A stretch of 64,000 nucleotides of DNA from Convolutriloba macropyga (taxonomy: Eukaryota): assembly GCF_964194025.1 (NCBI RefSeq), contig NC_134479.1:6324001-6388000 (forward strand), read 5' to 3'. Within the stretch, counting starts at the first letter, position 1. Each line of letters begins with the position of its first letter. Below the pieces are notes generated by a model, which was given only the letters and a program-made list of their open reading frames with translations, was not told where the DNA came from and did no database searches. Made by a program: the position numbers and the translations under genes. Positions 12,348 to 23,915 of this stretch are shown here, piece by piece.

Positions 12348-15300
12348 TGTAATGATCATTGAGTACCTTATGCTGTATTGTAATCACATGTTCCATATAA
12401 TTGTTTAAAATTATGTGTTTTTGTTTCAGATGTTGAATAGAAGTTTGCAATGAGCGGTGTTTCATGTGAGCAACACAAAAATTTCATTCAACATCTACCA
12501 TAAAGTTTCAATCTCCTGAATTTCCGGGTGAGACTCTCATAAGTTGACTTTTTGAAGGGGCGGGATTCTTCACAATTGCCTCGGAAGTAAATATTTGTGA
12601 CGATACTATCGGTTTTCTGGATGCTCGATTCAAGAAACTTTTGAGAGTTATATAGGCCTGACACCAAGTCCTCTCGCGCAAGCCGCGATATGATGAGTGC
12701 ATAACAGCGTTTTTGCAGCGACTACCAATTCTTGTTGAGCAGTGTGAATGCACAGACTTCACCGTGCAGCAACAAAAGAGGCATACTCTTTGGCGACGGT
12801 TTAGTGTCCGGTCCCAAATCTCATGCAATACGTGTTCAACTTCTGGAGTTTGCGGACTCAGAGGCTTCACATGAGAAACGAGTTTCACTCACTAATGCAA
12901 TCGAGGTATCTGCCACTTTCTTCCGCTCCCTCAATGTCAACTCAGACACTCCGCCATATTCATTTAGTCCACTCGTCGGAAATATTGCTGGTGTCAATAA
13001 AAGAACAGCTCATCCTTATAAGTCTTCGAATCGTAAATGTGGGTTTGGTGGTCTAAAAGAACATCTGCACACTAAATGCCCAGCGCGACGAAGTGCGTTT
13101 CTGAAACGCGGCGGCAAACAAAGTAATTGTGCTGCAGCGTTTATGTCAGTTGTTGGTTCGGATGGCGATGAATAAGTAGCTTTTGTACTATGCAATGTGA
13201 AGACAACCAACGAGGTGATAAGGTCTCCCAATGGAATCTACGAAAATATTTTTATTGGCGAAGACTGCTCTTTTTCTGTAAGAGCGATTATACAACCCAG
13301 TTCAATTCAATGGATTTTAACAGCTGATGTGTGTGAGCATGTTTTAGTGGGCATGAAATCCTTTTTTTAATATTGTTTCCCTCTCTACAGTTAGTTATTA
13401 AATTTGCATCATTGGATGTGCTCTCACAAGATGAGGAAATCTTTTAAAATTTGCTAGAAAGTTGGACGTTTCTAATTTGGCTGCTATTGCTGAAATTAAA
13501 GAGTGTAGACCAAAAATTATTGACCCACCAAATTTTTTGTCCGACAAAGTTTGCAAAGCTAAGCCCATCGCAACGAAGTCCACTCAAACAAAGAAAAAAC
13601 CTCGAACAAAAAAGATGTTAAGTTCATGCAGAATGAAAATTCGGACCTGCTAAGGAAAGGAATATTCTGTTACTCAACATCTAAGGCGTTTGTTTTAAAA
13701 TTTCAAGAATAACACGTGGTAATTAACTACTCCATGACAGTCAATCTATTGACCAATAAGGATGACTACCCGTTTCCGAACATAGAAGAACTGCTGTGCA
13801 ACGCTCCTGAGAGTTATTTTTTCTCGAAGATTGACTTAAAGAGCGCTTATCATCAAGTACCACAGAAAGAAGGAGATAAGCAGTTCACAGCCCATGAAAA
13901 TGTGGGTCTATTTTCACTAAAATTCCACAAATTTAATGGTCCTTCTTTTCGGGTAAATAACGCTGTACCTGCGTTTCAGAGAATTATAGACAAATTCAAT
14001 AACCGAAACAAGCTTGAAGGGACATACCTTTACCTTGATGATAGAACAATTGGCGGGCGATTCAAAAAAGAGCATAAAAAAATCCTCAAAAAATCTTCTT
14101 CTCGCTGCCGAAAAAGAAGGAATCACTTTAAATATAAATAAATGTCAATTCTGTCTCAGAAAAATTTCTATGGTAAGTCACATTATCTCAGCAGATTCTA
14201 AGCTGCCGGACCCAGAGAGACTGAGGGCTCTGAAGGCATATCCGGTTCCAGGCAAATCAAAAAGACTGCGACAATTAATTGAATTTTTTGCGTATAACGC
14301 AAAATGGGTCCCGCAATACTCAAGCAGACTTCTGCCGCTCATAGAAGCTCTTAAGCAAGGCGCTTTTCCGTTGAGTTCCACTGTTATCTCTCTTATCAAC
14401 CAAAATCATGTCAGAGATCGCTGATGCTTACTTAAGCTTGCCCCGAGCAGCTGTTGTTGGTCATTTGCTTCTGGAAACCAACGCCTCTGGGTACTCCATT
14501 GGCACGTCAATATCCCTGAAATGTAGACCAAAAATGTATTTCTGCAAAGAGTATTACAGTGTGAGCGGAATCTTTTGACTGCAGAAAATGAAGCCTTATC
14601 CATTATTAAATCTTTCAAAAAATTTCCCACTTTACAGAAGACATTTCCGGTTACTGCAAAAATCTATCAAAACAACAGCGCATTTATGTTTTCATGTTGA
14701 AATTTAAAAAAGAACCAGAAGCTCCTTCGCTGGTGATTCGAATTGCCGAATAACGGTACATTATTGAAAAGAGACCTGAAATCAAAAATGTAGGAGCTGA
14801 CACTCTCTCGAAGATTGCTCACGTAAATACAAGGAAAAAACTATTATTGTTTTCTCTGTACGAAAAACTAGCACATCCTGGGAAGACTAATTTTTGGCAC
14901 TTCATCAATTACAAGAACTTACCGTACACTCTCGAGAACTTTAAGCAAACTATTACCACATGCAAAACCTGTCGGCAATAAAAACCCAAAATTTTCAGTC
15001 AGAGCTTGTCTTGTCTTGTTTTTAATGCCCTGAAACCGTTTGACAGGATATGCTATGATCTATTTGGTCCCAAGCGTCCGTCTTTCAAGTCAGGTAGCTT
15101 CTATTTGAGTGCCGTTATAGACAAAATCAGTGGAGTCCCCCATTAAAAATATTAGAGTAAACAATATTATTAGGTTCCTGTCGCATTTATTTGATTTATT
15201 TGGCAATCCAGGGTTTATCGATTCGGATCGTGGAAGTCAACTAAAATCGCAGGAATTCAATGTTTTTTGTTCAGAAAGAGGAAATGACAAATCTCGTACA

Positions 15301-16096
15301 TTGCCGTATTACCCTCAAGAGAGCGGGCAAACTGAACATTACAATGGAGTTAACTGACAACTGTTAGTTTTATTTTGTATATCAGAAAACTTTTGCAGAA
15401 CCGCTGGTAAGAAGTTCTTTGTGAGGCACTTTTTCAATAAGAGGGATACCTTGTACCAACACAAATAAAAGACCTCACTGGCAATTGTTGCCATTCCCAC
15501 TGAAAGACTATGGAAATTTTAATTTCCCAGATTGGCTGTTTAAAGGCAATACAGCGTTACTGAGTAACTTTAAACGAAGCAAATGTGATGCTCTGGTGAA
15601 AACTGTTAAAATAACAGACGTTATTAGCGGAGAGAAAGTGAGATTATCCTAGAGGACGTGAAAGCACTGTCTCAGCTCAAGAGTTAGCTGCGTCTTCAGA
15701 CTGTTATTCAGAGACACAGCATTGAATGAGCAGCAAGCTGTTGCTTAGGACAAAACAAAGAGCACATCAAACTCACAGCACGAAACAATTACAGTCCAGT
15801 TGTTGAAAAATGTTGATGTTTCTACTGGCGAAGCGCCCGAAGCGCCCAAAAAAGCTTGCAATCCAATGTCACAGCATGAAGTGGAAATGAAACGACTTGT
15901 ACGCCTGAGAGAAAGACCGATGTATTTAGATGATCGTGTTAGATTTTAAAGTGCGTGGGGTGTATTTAATGATGAAAGACTACTTATGTTTTATCATTGT
16001 CTCATGTTCTATATTATAATTTACATTTTTGTGTTTGTGATTCAGATGTTGAATAAAAGCTTGCTATAAGTGGTGTTTCATCTGAGCAACACGGCA
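12348..16096 (+). mobile_element. Gypsy family 2, full-length but heavily degenerate
   Basis: 5' LTR 12348-12480, 3' LTR ~15965-16096; RT remnants IDLKSAYHQ, NAVPAFQR, YLYLDD; PDPERL, FFAYNAKWV; integrase IDSDRGSQ, YYPQESGQTE; clearly homologous to family 1 pol. Confidence 0.88.
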
Positions 16097-16447
16097 GATA
16101 AATATTTTTTGGTTCTTGTGCCAAATTGTTCATTTTTGTTCTTCTGCAAAATTTTGGTATTAAAGAAGTTGTCTTCTTGTTACCAAAATTTTTTGCAGGG
16201 TCAATCTTATCCAAGTGTTTAATAGTTTGACAAGTCTGCCTGCCTTTTTCTTCAAAAACTAATTTACTAAGTCGTCTTCAAAAGTTGTGGTTTTGTTGAA
16301 AATAGTTTTTGAAAGCCTAGGGTATCTTTGAAATTTAAAAGTTTCTGAGTAACAGCTTTCTCCAAATTGTTCCAATGTAAACTATTGCCCTGCTTACCAC
16401 ATTTCCATTGAGTTATTCTAATGTAGGTGAAACCCACTCTTCAGGTT

Positions 16448-17582
16448 CAGCATGCGTAGCTCCTTCGCGCTCTAATTTTTCATGAGTTTTTGACTATGCT
16501 CATTGACGTAAGTGGTTTCAAGGGCCTGTCGAAAAATTTTGTTAGTTACCGACCAATTGACTTTCAAGGTCCTATTTCTGAAATCTGGTATGGCTAAAAT
16601 TTTGGTCTGCCAAATGCTTCTACAAGTCTCCTTTTTTGAGGGGTCTATAGATTTTAGTTGTCTTCAGTTTTCCGTAAAAAAAACACACCGTCATATACGT
16701 TTCTCCTTATATCAATAGACATCGTATGTGCAGCTTCATCTATGCAAAAAATTAATTTTATCTCTGGAACTCAGCATATATTAAACCAGCTTCTTCTTTT
16801 TTTCGAATCGTAGATTCTGTTTTGCAATATGTACTGTGATCCGTAGAACATAATTTGTTGAATTGAAACTGTTAAAATCGTATCGGTATGAAAAAAACGA
16901 ATGAAAATCAAAATGGCTAGCATCATCAAATACAAATATACGGAAGCTCCACCACTCGATGCTCCCGACAAATTTGCATTTCTTTTTGAGTCCATTGTTT
17001 CTTTCTGAAAAGTGTCCAGCATGCATAGCGCCTTCGCGCTCATTTTTTCATGAGGTTTTGACTATGCTCATTGACGTAAAAGGTTTCAATGGCTTGTCGT
17101 AAAATTTTGTTAGTTACCAAACTGTTGACTTTGAAGGTCCTCTTTCTAAAACCTGGTGTGGCTAAAATTTTGGTCTGCCAAATGCTTCTGCAAGTATCCT
17201 TTTTTAGGGTTGTATAGGTTTTTGTTGTCTTTAGTTTTCCAAAAGAAACGGCACACCGTCATATACGTTGCTCCTTTTATCAATGAACACCGTAAGTGCC
17301 GTTTCATCTATGCAATAAAATTAAGTTTATTTCTGGACCTTAGCATATATTAAACCAGCTTCTTCTTTTTTCGATACTTAGATACTGTTTTTGCAATTTG
17401 TACTTTGATCCATAGAACACATTTTTGTTGAATTGAAATTGTTAAAATCGTATCGGTATAAGAAAATACAAAGTAGATGAGAATCAAAATGGCTAGCATC
17501 ATCATATACAAACATACTGATGCTCCATCACTCGATGTTCCTGACAAAATTGCATTTCTTTTTGAGTCCATTATTTCTCTCT
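16448..17582. repeat. Diverged tandem duplication of ~570 bp
   Basis: CAGCATGC..CCTTCGCGCTC at 16448 and 17017; parallel ORF remnants MDSKRNA(N/I)LSG at both copies. Confidence 0.75.
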
Positions 17583-17899
17583 AAATTTTCCTGAAACAAA
17601 AGCGTCATCAGTTTCCTGACTATTTTAAATCCCTTCACCTTGCTCAGTAAAGTAGTTTTTAACTTTTCAGTTACCGATTCTATTCTGGTCATAGACCAAG
17701 CAGCCAATTTTGACGACTTCTGATCAAGTTTAACATTTTTTCCAATACTTTTTGTTTCACTACTCGCTTCTTAACGCTTTTTTTCAGTATTGGAATTTTT
17801 TTTGTGGTGCTGCCTTCCAATATGTTCTCTAGGCAGCGAAGAGGTTTCACCTCCTCCCTCCAAAATATTTTTCTCCTCCTTAACGATTGTTTTTGATTT

Positions 17900-19490
17900 T
17901 GCTTGAAACTCAAGCGTAAATGGCTTTTCTCGTGTTTTATGCGTTTTTAACCCGTCATGATGGATCTTTATAACTTTTTTGTCTTTTTATCTTCAACATG
18001 GAACCTGGAATCGTTTTTTACTTCAACAATAAATTAAGGTCCTCCATAGAAAGAAGTTAATTTTTTGTTCCTCAATTTTGACGTTTGGTTGAAAACTAAC
18101 ACTTGTCAATTTCTGTAGTTCAGTCCACACTTAATGCGGTCATTATAAGTTTTCTGGCGTTCTTGTTACATCTATAGACTCTTGCATCAACTGACGTGCT
18201 TCTTAAATTTTCGATTTCATTAAGAAAACATCCATTTGTTGTTGCGTATATTGCACTCTCTTGTGCGCTATAGATGTAGTCTTTAAGTAGTGGCAATGGA
18301 AAACCGATACCATTTTTGCTGGGTTTTAATTTTTTTCAATATGGATTGATGACAGGTGGGCTATAAACGCCAAAGTTAAAAATATGTATGTCTACTACTC
18401 ATGTTGGCATCGACTTTTGGATTTGGACATGCCTTCTAGTGTTCGGTTTGTGCATTAAATCATTGCGTTTCCTTGTGGGTGGTAACATGTAGTTGATGTC
18501 CTCTATAATCCTAGTCACTTCGAAGGACTTCTGTATATCACTTCCCATTGTTCAACAAAATCTCCTACCACGGTTTGTACCTATTGATTCGGCAAAGCCA
18601 TGGCTTCATAATGCTTACTGAATTGATCTCCGATAACCAAAATGTACTTGTTATGCTGAGATTCGGCAAATGGGCCCTTTATATCGAGGGATTCTTGTTA
18701 AATTAGATGACTGGGTTTTCATTTTGTGAGTGAATTTTATTGTATCTGGTTAGTGTTTTACTTTCATAGGCAAAAGTCACAGCTTTCTAACCAACTCTTT
18801 ACGTCGCTTCTCATGCGCAGTCAATGAATCAATATCAAAGTTCAGTTCGTTTAAGGTTTCCGTTAAAAAATCTCTTTCAATGAGAAAAAGACTTGTATAC
18901 TGAAAACAGTATTTCCGTACCTCCATTTTTCATGTGTCTTGGTTCAAGTCTATATTTGTTTATGGTTCATGAGTTTAGTTGTTCGAGTATTTTGTCGCTT
19001 TGCTGCAAATCTCGCAGTTTTACTCTCTGCAATTTGATCATTTGCCAACCTCGACTACAAAAGTCGACATTGGCCTGCTCCAAGTCCATCGCAAAAGCGT
19101 TAACAGAAGCGGCTTTTTCTCATCTTCTGTGTTTATGCGCGATAGACAGTCAACTCGTGAGATTTTCAATTCTGCTCTATGATTGATGTCAAAAAAATTT
19201 GCCCAGACTTTTCTATACATCTTGAAACTATACCATCTGACTCTTTAAAACTGTCGATGCAGACAAGAGCTCTGCGGTCTTGTTTAATGAGAAAATGTTG
19301 AACAAGTAAATAGTTTTTATAATGTTGCCTAAAATGATGAATTGCTATTTGTTCCCATTTAGTTGATGAGTAATTACAAGGAACTTTACTCGGGGTTTTG
19401 CTACCATATGCAATAACTCTATCTTCTGTTCCTTCTTTATATGCCAGAAGTGCTCCAATGCCTGTTAGCGATGCATCCTTAGTAAATTTT
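17900..19490 (-). pseudogene. Minus-strand Gypsy pol remnant (RNase H-integrase), a third family
   Basis: DASLTGIGALL and DRVIAYGSK (RH); SLDIKGPFAESQHNKYILVIGDQFSK and YHPQGNA..TNRTL (IN). Confidence 0.8.
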
Positions 19491-19499
19491 TGCGGTTCC

Positions 19500-21060
19500 C
19501 TATCATTAATTTTTCCAATTTTTTAAGGAAATTTTTGGTTACTGAAAAGACCGATCAAAAGAGCATCGCATTTATTTTTCCGCAGCAGACATCGGAAATA
19601 AAGAACGAGAAGCTCCTCCGCTGGCGGTTCGAGCTTGCTCAAAATCGTTACAATATTGAAAACAAACCTGGAAGCAAATATATAGAACTAACGTTCTCTT
19701 GAGGATTTCTCACGTAAAAGGCGAAGAAAAAATCTTTATTTTTTCTTTGCACGATAAATTAGCACATCCTGTGGTGACTAGATTTTGGTACTACGTCAAT
19801 TATGGAGACGTTACCGCACAATTTCGAGGACGTCAAGCAAGCTTCTGCCACTTGCAACACCTCCCGGCAATTAAAGCCAAAAATGTTGAGGCCGAGCTGG
19901 TCTGGTCATGTTTTTAAGGCCCCCAAATCATTTGACAGCTTATCCAATGATCTAGTCATTCTCCAAATTCCGTCCTTCAAGTCAGCACCTTCAGGTCAAG
20001 GTTGCCTATGTTTGCGTACTGTTATAGACAAGTTCAGTCAATTTTCCCTTGCCCTCTCCCCTTAAAGTTCATATAGTAATCCAGTGTTTATCCACTCAGA
20101 CAGTGGAAGCCAACTAGAGCTGCAGGAGTTCAATGTTTTCTGCTCAGTAGAAGAATGGCCAAATCCCGTTAATTGCTGTTTTACCCTCGAGGTAATGGGA
20201 AAAAACGAGAATTACAAGGAGATATCTTGTAGGCTCTTAGCTGTATTTTGGATTTTAGAAAACTTCCGCGGAACCACTGGGAAGCTAATTTTGGTGAGGC
20301 AGTTTCTGCAATTAAAGGGTTATTTTTTACTAGCACAAATGAAAGCACTCACTGGCGATTTGTGTATTTCCTGAGGAATGGCTGTAGAATTTTTAATTTC
20401 CCAGATTGGCTGTTTACAGGCAAAACAGCGTACCTGAGAAACTTTATACGAAGCAAACCTGATTCTCTCGCAGAACCTGTAAAAATAACAGTCATTATTA
20501 GCGAGAATTTGGAAACATCTTACTGGACGGAAAGCTTTGTCTTTTTTTGAGAGCTCAAAAATCAGCTGTGTCTTCAGACTGTTACTCAGACACTGCACTG
20601 AATGAGCAGCAAGCTCTTGTTTAGATCAAAACAAAGAGCACATCAAAATCACCGCAAAAAATCATTACACTCAAGTTTTTACAGAATGTCGCCGGTTCTA
20701 CTGGCGAAGCGCCAAAAGCGCCCGAAAAAACTTACACCCGATGGCACAGCATGTAGTGGAAATGAGACGACCTTGACGCCTGACAAATAGACCAATGTAA
20801 GTTCTTCTATTTGTTTGGACCCGGCCTGTTGGGAAATGCGCGGAGTGTTTCGACTTCAACGCCGAGCACAATCAAATGCCAAAACAGTGGGTTTACAGGC
20901 TCCGGTGGGTTTTAAAATGAATGTGGAGAATGTATAATAATAGAGTACCTTACGTTGTATCGTAATCACATATTCCATTTTATGATTTTTTTACGTATTT
21001 GTGGTTCAGTTGTTGAACAAAAGCTTGCAGTAAGCAGTGTTTCATCTGGGCAACACAACA
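19500..21060 (+). mobile_element. 3' half of a Gypsy family 2 copy (RH-IN-3' LTR 20931-21060)
   Basis: TDQKSIAFIF, KNEKLLRWRFEL, HDKLAHP, FIHSDSGSQ, PDWLFTGKTAYLRNF; LTR matches 12348-12480. Confidence 0.85.
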
Positions 21061-22745
21061 GACATATTCTTTATTTGGTCTTGAAACGAAGAAAAATTTC
21101 TCAGACAAGTGACAGCTCTATTTCTTCAAGCATTTTTTTTGTTCTCGGTGTTAATCAATTATTTGAGTAATTGATTATACATATGTCTTCCCATTACGGG
21201 GTCAAGATTCCCCGACAGTTGTTGCCAAGATACTCCATTAACGACAAATCCTAATTAGATGAATAATAAAAGAAAATTTCTCGCAAATTGAAAAATGAGG
21301 TAGACTAATAAGATTCACAGAGCAATAATCATAGCTTTTAACCAAATTTGTAAGGCTTTTGGTTTTTAAATTGCAAAAATTGCCTGCTCCGTTGCTAGGA
21401 AAACGTTTGTTTTAAACTGGTTAATCCCATGTATAAATTTTTTATGACTGCTTTGCCATCCAAGTCTCGAAATCCTTCTCGACAGATAATTGGTTTACTC
21501 TTGTGGCAATTTATTTGAGCAACTTGACTCTTTTTTAAGTCTGATGTTAACAAAAAGCTGCAATTTAGCTTTGGTCAATAGAATTTCAGTCATTATTAAT
21601 CGGCCATTGATATATTTTGTGATTGAATTCTTTCCGTGTCTCGCCATATTGTTGATAATTGCGATCTTCTAATTTTACGTTTGGGTAAGGCTGGTTGCAT
21701 GCAGCGATTGTATAATTTTGATGTAAAAATTTTGTAGGGGGTCCAAATATCTGATAGAAGAAAAAATCTGACCCCCGGTTAACACAGAATTTTCTTCTGT
21801 GCAAAAAAGAAGGTTGCCACAATATCGGCAGTTTCATGAACATTTAAAACTGACCCTGCTCTTTCAACGTGAATTGGCTTTCGGAGATCGTTACCGACGG
21901 ACTCACAACGTTTTTCAAATTTTCAGTCAAGGTTTAAATTTTCAATTGCTTAATCCCACATTAAAGTGTTTTATTCTTCATGAAAAATTTCCCTCACTTC
22001 CAGAAGTTGGAAATTAAGGTTGTGAATACAGCTTAAGAGAAACATTTCCATGGTTTCTCTAATATCACTTGTTGCCCGTTTTGATTTTTTCTTGGAGTAA
22101 AAAACACCTGAACTTTCGGTTAATTTTAGCATCTGTCCACAAGGAAACTTTATCTCTACAATTTGCAATGCAAAATCTTCAATTTCGTTTTTGTGCAAAA
22201 TTTTTTTACTACTAAAAACTTGTCTTCTTGTTACCAAAATGTTTTGCAGGGTCATTATTATTATAGCGTTTAATAGTTTGACAAGTCTGTGTGCCTTGAT
22301 CTTCGAAAAGCAATCTACTAATTCGTCTTCAAAAATGTGGTTTTGCTGAAAACAGTTTGTGTAAAGCCTAGGAGTATATCTTTGAACTTAATATGCTTCT
22401 TTATAGCAGCTTTCCCCAATTTCTTCCAACGTAACTTATGGCATTGCTTACCATATTTCCAATAAATTATTATATTGTAGGGGAGACCCATTGTACAGGC
22501 TCAGCATGCATAGCTCCTTCGCGCGCAATTTTTTCATGAGGTGTTGACTATACTCCTCAACAAAGTGGATCCAATGGCCTTTCGTAAAATTTTTTCAGTT
22601 ACAGACCTGTTGACTTTATTGGTCCTATTTTGAAAACCTGGTATGGCAAAAGTTTTGGTCTGCCAAATGATTTTACAAGTATCCTCGTTTGAAGGGTGTT
22701 TAGATTTTAGTTGTCCTGAGTTTTCTGTAACAAAAAGCACATGGA
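21061..22745 (-). pseudogene. Decayed env-like/accessory ORF of the minus-strand Gypsy (related copies at 16100-17580, 23916-25600, 26280-27300)
   Basis: Lies downstream of the minus-strand integrase; signal-peptide-like MLAILILIYFVFS at ~17490; basic KKKSKR|AT site at ~22080; many stops. Confidence 0.35.
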
Positions 22746-22984
22746 CTTAGCTGTGTCTTCAGACTGTTACTTAGACACTGCACTGAATGAGCAGCAAGCT
22801 CTTGTTTAGATCAAAACAAAGAGCACATCAAAATCACCGCACAAAATCATTACACTCCAGTTATTACAGAATGTCGCCGGTTCTACTGGCGAAGCGCCAA
22901 AAGCGCCTGAAAAAACTTATACCCGATGGCACAGCATGTAGTGGAAATGAGACGACCTTGACGCCTGACAAATAGACCAATGTA

Positions 22985-23745
22985 AGTTCTTCTATTTGTT
23001 TGGACCCGGCCAGTGGGGAAAGGCGCGGAGTGTTTCGACTTCAACGCCGAGCACAACCAAATGCCAAAACAGTGGGTTTACAGGCTCCGGCTGTGGATTT
23101 AGCTTAGGCAACACTGTCGGACGCAAAACTCTCGTGAATGAACTTTGGGGTGCAGCCGACCCCAAAGCTAAACCTCAGGTGATAAAACTTTTTCAAAACT
23201 CGTACAATTTTGCTGTTCTGGGAGATTATATTGTTTATGGAGTCTTCCTAAGCGGAAGAATCGTCATGAGTTGTCCTGGGCAGGCCTTGAGAGAATGGCT
23301 TGCCATTCTTGGGGGACCAACGACCTTGTGACACGAGAGAGGCGTGTCACCCCAGTATGCCGTACCAAGATGCTGGGGCAAAAGTTTCTGTATGTAAAAT
23401 GCCTGGCAGGAGTCGCTACAACGAAGCAGTGAAAGCACTGAACAAAATGCAACAAAAAACGTGCAGAGAAATGAATGCTCTTTTTAGACTTAAAAAAATC
23501 ACTCTTGTGGGAACGAAGGTCTCGAGGCTCTGAGACTAACCCAAAATAGGATAAATTGCAGAGCAAGCAGAGAGCAAGAGATTCCACCAAATATGGCATG
23601 TATACAACCAACGCAACCAAATAAGTATCTACGATCGATCAGATCGCAACCAAGGTAATCAACATCACGCACGAATCCAATCCCCCACTTGAAGGTGTCC
23701 AGCCTCCCAACAAGGTGTAACGGAAGAGAAATAGAAGAAGAATAA
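22985..23745 (+). other. GC-richer insert with a decayed Cys-rich reading frame between the Gypsy integrase tail and the PPT
   Basis: Absent from the homologous site at 15920-15930; partial copies at 20800-20905 and 25840-26280. Confidence 0.6.
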
Positions 23746-23788
23746 GTAATTAAATGATCACAATGGATTTTAAATTGCGTGGGGAGAA

Positions 23789-23915
23789 TGTATAATAGAG
23801 TACCTTACGTTGTTTCGTAATCACATATTCCATTTTATAATTTTTTTATGTATTTGTGGTTCAGATGTTGAACAAAAGCTTGCAGTAAGCAGTGTTTCAT
23901 CTGAGCAACACAACA
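23789..23915 (+). repeat. 3' LTR of Gypsy family 2
   Basis: PPT GGGGAGAA followed by TGTA...CAACACAACA. Confidence 0.85.

Larger units (their letters stand above)
6160..12539. repeat. Tandem duplication, two ~3.19-kb units (6160-9348, 9349-12539)
   Basis: Near-identical ORFs offset by 3189 (7874/11063, 8139/11328); the junction at 9349 joins family-2 gag start to family-1 integrase tail. Confidence 0.95.

Noticed and set aside
12343-21065. GACAC/GACAT as a TSD joining the 5' LTR at 12348 with the 3' LTR ending at 21060
   Set aside because: Imperfect match and intervening rearranged copies; LTR pairing cannot be assigned with confidence.
21195-21240. EYLGNNCRGILTP (minus) resembling the dynein heavy chain EYLG..RLVITP motif
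   Set aside because: Short match, stops nearby, no splice sites or further dynein similarity; lies in the decayed TE-associated segment.
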